Notes under the pieces: model-generated
Database searches by the model: none
Told to the model about the DNA's origin: nothing
What the model saw: only the letters and a program-made list of their open reading frames with translations
Made by a program: the position numbers and the translations under genes
Shown here: positions 33,210-43,634 of the stretch, piece by piece
Layout of the letters: the number at the start of each line of letters is the position of its first letter
Position numbering within the stretch: position 1 is the stretch's first letter
NCBI RefSeq assembly: GCF_001194135.2
Contig: NC_068983.1
Coordinates: 40,407,847 to 40,451,480 of the forward strand
Direction: 5' to 3'
Origin: Octopus bimaculoides
Lineage: Eukaryota
DNA length: 43,634 nucleotides

Positions 33210-33375
33210 AATCTTTCTGTTTTCTCTCCCTGTTTATTTCTGTGTTCCGTTCTGTCGAAGAGCGTAGGCTCGAAACGTAACAGACGTTATCACTTCCCAA
33301 GCGTTAAACTAATACAGTTGTTTGTTGTTTACACACCCGTCTTCGTGTTTTGCTTTTTGTAAATTCTCACTATAT
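33210..33375 (+). repeat. Family F repeat copy
   Basis: CTGTCGAAGAGCGTAGGCTCGAAACGTAACAGAC...CCCAAGCGTTAAACTAATACA...ACACACCCGTCTTCGTG. Confidence 0.8.
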
Positions 33376-33967
33376 GCATACACATGCACATATATATACA
33401 TGTATATATGCGTGTGTATATATATGTGTGTATGTGTGTATGTGTGTGTGTCTCTGTGTCTGTGTTTGACCAACACCACCGCCTGACAATAGGTATTGGT
33501 GTGTTCCTGAAATTCCTTCCAGGTTCGAGTGTACATGAGCGTGTTGAATTTAATTGTACACGCCAATGTGTTCTTGTGATTCTAGATTTCATTGAGTTTG
33601 TCGATTTTTCTAGCATTATTTTTATCAAGTACTCTTCTAACATTCGGCTATTAAAATCAATTACTACATCCTGCAAAACCTGTAATACTAGTTATTGAAC
33701 AATCACAGTGTCTCTATATACACCCATACATATTTATGCATACATACGCACACAAAAACCCTCCTCACATGGAAACATACATATATGCAGATACATAAGT
33801 GAATGCACTTTTGTGTGGACTTATATATAAATGTATTGACACAAATGATATACATATATTTAAACAATATATTTATATGTATTTATACAGTTTATGTAAT
33901 TACCTTTCGAATATAAAACAGGTTTTGCACTAAAATAAACAAAAAATACGAAATTAGTTATAAATAT

Positions 33968-34218
33968 TGGTTTCCAACTTTGGTACAAGGCCAAGAAATT
34001 CGAGAGAAGTGAAAAGTCGATTACATCGACCCAAGTATCTAGCTATAACTTAATTTAATCTTTTCTACTCTAGAAAGGGGGCCAGTCGATTATATCGACC
34101 CCAGTATGCAACTGGTACTTAATTTATCGATCCCGAAAAGGATGAAAGGCAAAGTCGACCTCGGCGGAATTTGAACTCAAAACGTAAAGACAGACGAAAT
34201 ACCGTTAAGCATTTCGCC
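33968..34218 (-). mobile_element. Two adjacent SINE family B pieces (33968-34055 and 34076-34218)
   Basis: AGTCGATTACATCGACCC and AGTCGATTATATCGACCCCAGTATGCAACTGGTACTT...GATGAAAGGCAAAGTCGACCTCGGCGGAATTTGAACTC. Confidence 0.85.
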
Positions 34219-34275
34219 TTGGATCTAGGTTGGATCTAGGTTAGAAACCGGTCCTTGAAATAAAATTGAATAATA
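34219..34275 (+). mobile_element. Extreme 3' UTR stub of the (CATA)n-associated RLE element, with an 11-bp duplication at its 5' junction
   Basis: TTGGATCTAGG x2, then TTAGAAAC...CTTGAAATAAAATTGAATAAT, matching 43529-43594. Followed by about 100 bp of (CATA)n. Confidence 0.75.
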
Positions 34276-34377
34276 ACATACATACATACATACATACATA
34301 CATACATACATAATACATACATACATGCACGCACGCACGCACACACACATACATACATACATACATACATACATACA

Positions 34378-36232
34378 TGATGATTTCTGACCCCCGTTAT
34401 CGAGTATGGCCATTGCACGAGGCTTATCTGTTAACGGTGCTGTGATCGAAGGTAACTTTTTAGCCCAGCTGCAGATCTACAATATCTTGTACAGAATTGG
34501 ATGCTAAAACATTTACTGGAAAAAGCTGGCTGCAGTTGTATTTGGGCTTCATGTACCTTTGCATGACGTTTAAGTCCTCTTGCCGAATCACAATCCCTTC
34601 CACATGCTTGACAGATATGGTTAGTATGGTGTGTAGCATCACAACCAGCGACCTGGTATTTAATCATCGGTTTCGCTTTATGACTACGAAGATGACTCTT
34701 GAGTCCAGCTTTACTGAGGCACGGTCTTGCACAGACACTGCATGTCAGCGTCATATGAAGACCCTTACCGTCTGGAAGTGCAACAGCGATGCCCTTCCTG
34801 GCATCCCATCTCACTTTCTCATGCGCAACTCGAGATTTCTCAAAAATAGCTGTCCCCTCATGCACAATCTTTCTTCACCTGCTACGGTCAACAGCTATGC
34901 ATCCTTTGTGTCAGGAGAGATGCTAGCATCTCTCAAGGAAGCCTTCAGCAAGTCTTTATACCTTCTTTTTTTTTTTTGGTTTATGTGGATGTCGTTCTCC
35001 TTTAGCTAACTCTCCATAAAAGAGTTGTTTTGGCATCCTTAAATCTTTCATCCTGACCAGATGACCACTCCATCTGAACCTTTGCTTCAATACAAGTGCT
35101 TCTATACTTTCATACCGAGAGTTTTCCAATATCTCAAGATCACTGATGCGGTCCTCCCACTTAATGCCATAGATCCGTCTAAAACACATCTGATGGAAAC
35201 GTTCCAGTTGTTTAAGGTGGTATCGATATGTGACCCAGGTCTCGCAGGCATAAAGAAGAGAAGACAGCACACACGCCTTGTAGACCTTTATCTTTGTCTT
35301 CCTGCATATGTCTCGACGACTCCAGAAATGTCTTTCTAGCCTTCCGAAAGCATCACTTGTTTTCCTAATTCTGTATGGAATTTCATTGTCCAAATTGCTA
35401 TATCTATTAACAGCGCTTCCAAGATAGACAAACAGATCAACTACACCAAGTCGTTTACCATACGCATAAATATTTGGTTCACCATACTACTTACCAGGGG
35501 CAAGTTGGTACATGACAACAGTTTTCTTGAGACTGACAGTCAATCCTAAGGCAGTGCAAGAATCAAAGAATACATTCAATATGTGTTACATTTCAATCTC
35601 TGTGTGCGCTACTAGATCAGAATCATCTCATAGAGGTAAATACCTTTGTTTTTGCAGCAAAGCGCCTGATATTAAATGTGCTGCCAGAGGTTCGATAATG
35701 GATGTAAACACCATATCTGCAATTTCTGAACGCAGTACAGAAAACCATCGCAATATATATGGCAAATAGGGTCGGTGCTAGAATATCCCCCTGTTTCACT
35801 CCATTTTGTATTGAGATGGGCTCCGACATTTTACCTCCAACATTAACCCTACCATTCATATCTTCATGAAAAGACCTACCCAAAGCAAGGAACTTTTCGG
35901 GACACCCAAGTTTCTGGAGGACATTCCACAGTGCATTTCTATTAACGGTATCAAAGGCTTTTGTTAGATCGACAAAAACCTGATATAAATCCATACACTG
36001 TTTCACACACTTCTCCTGAAGCTGTCTAGCTGAGAAGATCACATCAGCAGTGCCACATCCCACACGAAAGCCAGATTGACTTTCTGGAAGAACACAATCT
36101 GCAACGTGTTTCAGCAGACGATCCAGAAGTACCCTGCATAAGACCTTTCCTACGACAGAAAGCAATGATATTCCCGTATAGTTACCACAATCATTCCTGT
36201 TGCCCTTTCCTTTATATAAGGGAAAGGGCAAC
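34378..36232 (-). mobile_element. 5'-truncated RTE-clade (BovB-like) LINE: RT domain, C-terminal region with three C2H2-like fingers, short 3' UTR and CAT tail; pseudogenised
   Basis: YKGKGNRNDCGNYTGISLLSVVGK...QSGFR...FVDLTKAFDTVNR...GVKQGDILAPTLF...(YA)DDSDL...FVYLGS...KIKVYKACVLSSLLYACETW...WSGHLVRM...PKQLFYGEL. Several stops and frameshifts. 3' end ATGGCCATACTCGATAACGGGGGTCAGAAATCATCAT. Confidence 0.95.
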
Positions 36233-36813
36233 AAAATAAAGAACAAAAAAAACACGTACGATATATAAAAATATTGATATACAATATATACATAAAATAT
36301 ACGATATGGAATATGTAAAAATATATATAATGAACAAACTATAAAAATATACATTATTTACAATTGACGGATATTTGTCCTCATCTTGTTTGTTGTTAAT
36401 ATCAGGCAACATTATGATAAAATATACAATGCAATACAGAGAAGACTTGAGACCAGGTTAAAATATGTCGATTATGCCGTTATATATATACGGATAAAAT
36501 TGGTTAGAAAATCACAGCCTCATCATACACCATTTTGTAATGAAGTCATGGATACAAGCATCTATTTTATAGCTTTTATTGAGAAATTAACTTATTTTAT
36601 ATTGTTGTGATTAATCATTTCATCACAGATCCTTTTATATTATGATGTCTGAGGTTAAAATATATTACGGTTGTTGTTAAGAATTTTTACTGCTTTCTTT
36701 GTTGTAAACTTGCTTTCTTTTCTACGTTGAGGTAACATTTATGGAATTATTTGTTTCTTGAAGGCTGTATGAACACGACTAATGATAACCAATGAACGGC
36801 CTATATTAGGCAC

Positions 36814-36963
36814 AGGAGTGGCTATGTGGTAAGATATTTGCTTCCCAACCATAGGGTCCCGGGTTCAGTCCTGCTGCCTGAAACCTTGCTCAAGTGTCTT
36901 CTACTATAGCCTTGGGTCGACCAAAGCATTGTGAATAGATTTCGTAAACGGAAACTGAAAGAG
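36814..36963 (+). mobile_element. SINE family A, 5' half
   Basis: GGAGTGGCTATGTGGTAAGA...CCCAACCATAGGGTCCCGGGTTCAGTCC...CAAGTGTCTTCTACTATAGCC...CGGAAACTGAAAGA. Confidence 0.85.
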
Positions 36964-37161
36964 GTTTCCGGTGTTTCTTTCCCAGAAAGTTTGCCATCAC
37001 GAACGAACTCCTTAAGTATGTTTTTCTTTCAGCTCTCAATTTGTAGGTGTTCAATAAGGACACTAATTCTTCAGTATTGGAGAATCTCAGAAAGCCTTAC
37101 GCACAGCTTCCTCTGCCAGGAAATATCATTAGAAAAAGATTTAATTTGATATTATTTATCA

Positions 37162-37380
37162 TGCGATCTGGCAGAATCGTTATCGCGCCGGGCGAAATGC
37201 TAAGCAGTATTTCGTCTGCCGTAACGTTCTGAGTTCAAATTTCGACTTTGCCTTTCATCCTTTCGGGGTCGATTAAATAAGAACCAGTTACGCACTGGGG
37301 TCGATGTAATCAACTTAATCCCTTTGTCTGTCCTTGTTTGTCCCCTCTATTTTTAACCCCCTGTGGACAATAAAGAAATA
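37162..37380 (+). mobile_element. SINE family B
   Basis: Near-identical to 12940-13175 apart from a ~10-nt deletion. Confidence 0.9.
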
Positions 37381-38087
37381 TATATTGTTTATCATGCTTA
37401 CGCTATTAGAATTTATAAACTTCGAGACATATGAAATAAATCGCTTTTGACAGTGGAACTGGAATTAGATGAAACTACAAAGAGCAGAGTTTCAATACTG
37501 GGTTGAACACACTTGAATGGAAAAAAATCGAAGACTGACTTCGATTTTCCTATTCAATTGATTATTCTAATCCAATATCCAACATCCAAAACACTATTAT
37601 TCGTAGCTTTATTTTCTTCAGGGATCCACTATTAAAAACGATAATGTATCGAATAGTTTAGAAAATCTTCATATTATTCAATATATGAATATAAACATGA
37701 CGGTAAGGTTGTGGAGAAGTAATTAACTGACCAATTTAAAATCCCTCCCGGCATAAAACTGTGAGAAGTATCAACAGATTAACACTGATTAATAAATAAT
37801 CAGTTCGCCTATTAATGCTGATAATAATCCTCTTGTGGGTCAGCATAAATTCCACTCGTAAAGTGTCCAAAAACATAGAGTTTTGTGATATTCTAACAAT
37901 GTAATGAGATTTGCCCTCACTTTCTTTTGTTTTTAAAAGCATGTAAAAAATGTCAGAGGAACGAATTTCATTTAGAAATATATCCAAGCGGGCCTATGTC
38001 ATTGACAAGGCTCAACAAGGCCAAAATGTGTTTGTCGTTCTCGCGCATCACTGCTGAAACGATGTTCGCTTCGCACCTATATATATA

Positions 38088-38130
<43 letters not shown>

Positions 38131-38576
38131 TTCTTAACACAACCTGGCTATGAAAAGGTTTAATCTCCGTCGAAACCCACAAAATCATGGCTATCAATAT
38201 GGTGCTTACGTTAGCTACGATGCGCAAGTGGCTATTCTAATTTAAGGCCATTTCAATTGTGGAGTCTATTGTAGTGCAGAAAGCTTTCCACAGTAGCAGT
38301 GAATTCATTGTTTCCTACATGTCTAAGAAGGAGACAAATCTCATTTAGGCAAGTGGCTATAGGAACACGTCATTACCAAGGCCCAAGAAGGCCGAAAGAC
38401 ATCTGACGATTTGTGGGTCAGCATTGAAATGATGTTTGTTTCGCAAATGGCAACAAGGCGCCTTTCAATTGGGCATACACATCAAGTATGATACACAGTT
38501 GGCTATTTAATTTAAAATTTAAGACTGTTTCAATTGCGTACACCGAGTTTATATGAAAGATATTCTTTGTTTAAAA

Positions 38577-38928
38577 CAGTGGTTTTCAACCACGGTTTAT
38601 ATGACCCTTATGGGTCCATAAAAAGACTTTTGGTGATCTACTCACGCAAAATAGTAAATTGGGGATTCACAGTAGCGTTTTAAAGGCCCCCCTGAAAAAA
38701 TTTGCTTTTGATGTGTTTATTGCAAGAAACAACTAGGTTTCTTTCTTTAACATTCTTCATAGTTCAAACTACACATGTTTAATGTGTGTAAATAAGAAAA
38801 CAGAAAATTTGAAAGAAGTATTTAGAAAACTAGTTTTTAAACATCGAATGACTATGGGGTGGGTCCACCAGAATAAAATAGCAATCAAAGGGTCCATAGT
38901 TAAAAAAAAAAGAAGTTGTGAACCAGTG
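38577..38928. mobile_element. hAT (Charlie-type) MITE, ~352 bp
   Basis: Imperfect TIRs CAGTGGTTTTCAAC / GTTGTGAACCAGTG. Flanking 8-mers GTTTAAAA and ATTTAGAA match at 6/8, consistent with a decayed hAT 8-bp TSD. Confidence 0.75.
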
Positions 38929-39982
38929 ATTTAGAACTCACCGGATCTGAACAGAAAGCTTGGCACAACTTCCTCAGCAATTATCAAGTTTTTGCATTGC
39001 CACGGCCCTTGAGTAAAGCATTGATAACACAAGCAGATTTCCTTCTCATTTATAAGCACTAATGACTGTGGAAGAAATCAATTACATAGCTATTTATTTT
39101 TTCTCTCCCCTGTTGCTTTTATCGTGTAACAACCGTCTTATTTTAGTTTAAAAATTGTTGAATACATTTGCCGAGTTTCAGGTTGGAAATAAGGATTCTT
39201 GCCAAAGTTCTCAAGAGCATGGAACTATCTGTGAGTGCCATTAAAATGTCATCAGTAAGACGATCTTGCTTTACAGACCTCGAATGCCTCCAAGGAAGTG
39301 TAAAAATCCATTATGAAAGTACGGTAAGCATTCTTGCGAATCTTGGGTTCCCTACTCCTCTTGTACTTAACAGTGATTGAGGAGCGAGTTGTAGTAGTGA
39401 CGACGGTGGAAGTGATGCTGGTAGAATAAGGACTCGAGATGCTGGAGAAAGCATACGTTAATAATAGTTTCCGTTTTTTCTTGGAGGCATTCAAAATGTC
39501 TGCCATGGCAGTGAAAGTAGATACATGGTAATCCTTTGTCGAATATGTTGGCAAGAAAGAACACGTGAAGCAAATCCAAATTTTCAATCATATTATCTAT
39601 CAGCAAGCTATCTCGCAGCATTTTTAGTGTGTAACTAGCCAAAATTTTTGTGTGTTAGGTCGAAAAAAAGACAAAAAACAAAAAGCAAAAAAACATAACG
39701 AAGCTGTAGATTGTAACAGTAAAAATCTAAATAATTTTCTTCCATAGCATTCCTTCCAGAACCCTCCAGTAAAGAAATTCATTGAATCCTAAATAGTGAT
39801 TGAACATCCATCGTAGATCTATTGTTGAAAGGCTTTTCAAAATTTTCTTCGTTGCTGTTGGTATATTTTTTCCGGTCTTCTTTTACTGTTACATTATTCT
39901 TCTTAATATTATTGTTTTTTATTTCCTTCTTTCACTTACCGTGTCTTCTTCATGAAGTGTGTGGTACATTTATGTCGCGTCC

Positions 39983-40027
<45 letters not shown>

Positions 40028-40307
40028 ATATCTATATATCTATCTATATATATATANNNNNNNNNNATATATATATATATAGGTAAATATATATATATGT
40101 ATATACTACACATACACATATACATATATGCACATGCACACACACAAATATACACACTCACACACACGCGCGTTCACATACATATACGTGCATATATGCA
40201 TATATATATATATATTCTGTGTATGTATATGCCTTTGTGCATGTGTTTCAGTGTGTGTGTTTGTGTGAGTGAATGTGTGTATGAATGTGTGTGTATGTGT
40301 TTGCGTC

Positions 40308-40339
<32 letters not shown>

Positions 40340-40578
40340 AATGTGTCTTGTCAATTTCTTTTTCTCGAGTGATATATTCATTCTGAAAAGACAAAAAAAT
40401 ACATATATATCAATAATAATCAGAAAAAAAAACTACAAAGCTTCAATTGTGAAGAAAATTGAATTAAATCTACTCTAATTGGTAACATTGTCTTTCACAC
40501 AATAACAAATATGAGAGAAAATGGTAAAGCCTTTGTTGGAATTTTAACACAATTCCAAATAGGAAACATTTTTACTCC

Positions 40579-40580
<2 letters not shown>

Positions 40581-40639
<59 letters not shown>
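40581..40639. repeat. (TTA)n microsatellite
   Basis: Read directly from the sequence. Confidence 0.95.
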
Positions 40640-42092
40640 GTATATTTCTAGGGTATGTTTTTTACAATCTTCTCTTCTGCGATGCATTTTTTCGGTTTCA
40701 TAATTTTACGCTTTCAGCGTTTTCCCTTTATTTTAGAAGAAATTTCCCGCCAATTCTTTTCCCAATTTTTAATATATTTTTGCTAATTTTATTATATTTT
40801 ATTTCTCTATCTATTTATGGATTTTTTTTCCTCTGCCTTCAAACTAGGAACGGAGTTGTCGTGACAACAATGGCATATATCTAAGGCGAAATAACGATAT
40901 GCCAACTTCAACATCTTTCTTTATACGTCAAGTTTGATAAGAAGACAGCGGTTATAAAGTTCTAGCCGATGGTCAGTAAGATCGCTCACATCGTAGTGAT
41001 GACGTGGAGGAGTAAGTAAAGGTAAGGGTCAGTCTCATTTATTGAACCGGTTCAATAACTATAAGCAAATCAATCAGTCTGGTCAATCAATTATTCATAA
41101 CCTAGGCCAAAGGCTAGGTTTCAGGGTCTCAGTTTTTGATGAACCCAGCAAAATTTTGCATGCTGTGCAAGGGCCGGTCATAGTTTCCATTTAGACTTCT
41201 GTTTAATATTAAATTTAATAGACTTTCACGCTCACGCACAGGGGACACAGTTAGACAATTATAAAAGCAATCTCTCAAATACATATACATACACACACAC
41301 GAAGAAACATTCATGAATATACATATAGCGTATGTGTCGCATTCTATTTGTGAATATGTATGTATAAATGTATATACATATATACATGTATATAAATATA
41401 TTTATATATATATATATGCATATATAGATATGTATATATATATAGATCGATGTANNNNNNNNNNNNNNNNNNNNNNNNNNNNNNNNNNNNNNNNNNNNNN
41501 NNNNNNNNNNNNNNNNNNNNNNNNNNNNNNNNNNNNNNNNNNNNNNNNNNNNNNNNNNNNNNNNNNNNNNNNNNNNNNNNNNNNNNNNNNNNNNNNNNNN
41601 NNNNNNNNNNNNNNNNNNNNNNNNNNNNNNNNNNNNNNNNNNNNNNNNNNNNNNNNNNNNNNNNNNNNNNNNNNNNNNNNNNNNNNNNNNNNNNNNNNNN
41701 NNNNNNNNNNNNNNNNNNNNNNNNNNNNNNNNNNNNNNNNNNNNNNNNNNNNNNNNNNNNNNNNNNNNNNNNNNNNNNNNNNNNNNNNNNNNNNNNNNNN
41801 NNNNNNNNNNNNNNNNNNNNNNNNNNNNNNNNNNNNNNNNNNNNNNNNNNNNNNNNNNNNNNNNNNNNNNNNNNNNNNNNNNNNNNNNNNNNNNNNNNNN
41901 NNNNNNNNNNNNNNNNNNNNNNNNNNNNNNNNNNNNNNNNNNNNNNNNNNNNNNNNNNNNNNNNNNNNNNNNNNNNNNNNNNNNNNNNNNNNNNNNNNNN
42001 NNNNNNNNNNNNNNNNNNNNNNNNNNNNNNNNNNNNNNNNNNNNNNNNNNNNNNNNNNTATGTATGTATGTATGTATGTATATATATATATT

Positions 42093-42142
<50 letters not shown>

Positions 42143-43288
42143 GATAGGTAGATATAAGTATAGATATGTACTACATAGATACATACACATATATGTATTT
42201 CATATATATCATGAGTGAAATGTCAATGTCTTATTATGAGCAAATGGTTTAAAACAGTCAACAAAGCAACAAGGAAAACAAAAGATGTTATGATGCCGTG
42301 GTCCTAAACCTATATTAAGAAAGCAATGTGTTTTATCTGTCGTAAAGTATCAGTTGCCTAAATTTAGAGCAATTTCAAAACCAAGACATGAAGTATTCGA
42401 ATCATGTTATCAAAACGTGCAGGCAACATTACTAATTCACAATACCCTGTAGCGTCTCCCTAAAAGTCTTATTGACAAGGAAAGTTAACATAAATAGCAT
42501 CAAGACGTCTACGGAAACAAAGTCCTTGCATGCTTCTTCAAAAACTGAGCGACAACCATTCCAAGAGAAAGGAACATGTTATGAATATTTTACAAGAATT
42601 TCAAATTTCAAAGGTAATTGGCCATGCGATTTCCTGTTTCTGTAAGTAAACTTTGCGACATTCTCAAAAGAGTTGTACGCAGATTATTTATTCCATTGAT
42701 GTAGATTATGTCTATACAAAATGTCTTTCAATTACTCATAAAAATATAGGAAAGCTTTTAGAATTTGTCCAATGGATGCTGAATAGTTGAATAGTCGAAA
42801 CTGGCTTAATGATATTTATTTATTTATTTTTGGTCAAATGAATCGCATTATTCTTTAGATGGGTTGGTTAATCGCCAAAATGGCATCAGTTTGGCTCTGG
42901 CAATGTTTCTATTGCACTTTTACCATTTTTATAAAAATAACTTGAGTACTTCAAGACTGGAATCTAAGTTCATTCAAAGATGATAAAAAGGATATTTCAA
43001 ATGGAGGATACAGTAACCCGCCATTATTTCGGCAAAGAAAGATGGCGTTTGGGAATCTTTTCTTTTTTTCTGATTGGCAAAGGTTATTCATTAGTTTATT
43101 AAAGAAACAGTAACTTTCGGCGCACCCTGTGTACGTTTTCGTTTACATACATAGAGCACACATATACAGACACACTAACAAAAATACACATATACATACA
43201 TACACATACGAACGCACACATATGTATATACTCATGCATGTTTGCATGTATACATGTATACATACGTACGTACATACATACATACATA

Positions 43289-43594
43289 GAAAAGCAGAAA
43301 GGAGAAAGCTGATTAAAAGACTACTGATCCAATCAATCACTGGAACTGTAAAGATGTGTAAAACTTTCCAGAAGTTTATCATTTAAGTATATATGAGCAT
43401 GTCTAGTTATGCAAGTATATACACGAGAAGAGATATATAAAACAAAACATACAAAACTGCACCTATGCATACATGAAAATATACATACAAAGATACCCTC
43501 TTGATGTTGAAATTCCAAAGAAGGGACCTTGGATCTAGGTTAGAAACTGACTCGTTCCCTATTGGCAAGAAATCTTGAAATAAAACTGAATAAT
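43289..43594 (+). mobile_element. 3' end of the (CATA)n-associated RLE retroelement (last ~31 codons plus 3' UTR)
   Basis: KAERRKLIKRLLIQSITGTVKMCKTFQKFII* matches the end of the 6378 copy (LQVQSVSGTVKMCKTFLKF). The UTR end matches 34219-34275. (CATA)n lies on both sides. Confidence 0.85.
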
Positions 43595-43634
43595 GGCATA
43601 CATACATAATATATGTATATATATATATATATAT

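Noticed and set aside
1638-37380. tRNA-like A/B-box sequences as tRNA genes
   Set aside because: None folds into a full cloverleaf by eye, and nearly all run into SINE bodies repeated elsewhere in the window.
39282-39492. 13-bp perfect inverted repeat GAATGCCTCCAAG ~190 bp apart
   Set aside because: Does not extend, has no TSD, and is near the chance expectation.
4758-42151. Long ORFs containing X-runs (e.g. 4758-5657, 15037-15629, 18856-20124, 29601-30297, 41313-42151)
   Set aside because: They stay open only because they cross N-gaps and dinucleotide repeats; there is no coding evidence.
1913-43382. Homopolymer or dipeptide ORFs (poly-T/V/D/H/E/K, HT, CV, YI, ER, LS repeats)
   Set aside because: These are translations of microsatellites.

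Overview
AT-rich, intron-like or intergenic eukaryotic DNA from a gapped draft assembly (12 N-runs, about 3.7 kb in total, mostly beside microsatellites). The repeat families suggest a mollusc, most likely an octopus; this is inferred from family resemblance, not from a search. No complete gene is visible, and most supplied ORFs are artefacts of microsatellites or N-runs. Supported content: (1) about 20 copies or fragments of four tRNA-derived SINE families; (2) decayed LINE pieces: a 1.85 kb 5'-truncated RTE with RT and three C-terminal C2H2-like fingers, smaller RTE RT and APE fragments, a CR1/Jockey-type APE domain, an L1/Tx1-type C-terminus, and six 3'-end pieces of restriction-like-endonuclease (RLE) retroelements sitting in (CATA)n or (TAA)n microsatellites; (3) two mariner relics and one hAT MITE; (4) two good minus-strand exon candidates of an unidentified host gene. 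The most interesting layer is non-coding. Several short interspersed repeats carry minimal type I hammerhead-ribozyme folds of the Penelope/retrozyme kind with three non-canonical cores (CCGAUGA, UUGAAAA, CUGUNGAA). Some lie inside or directly next to 260-390 bp fold-back hairpins.
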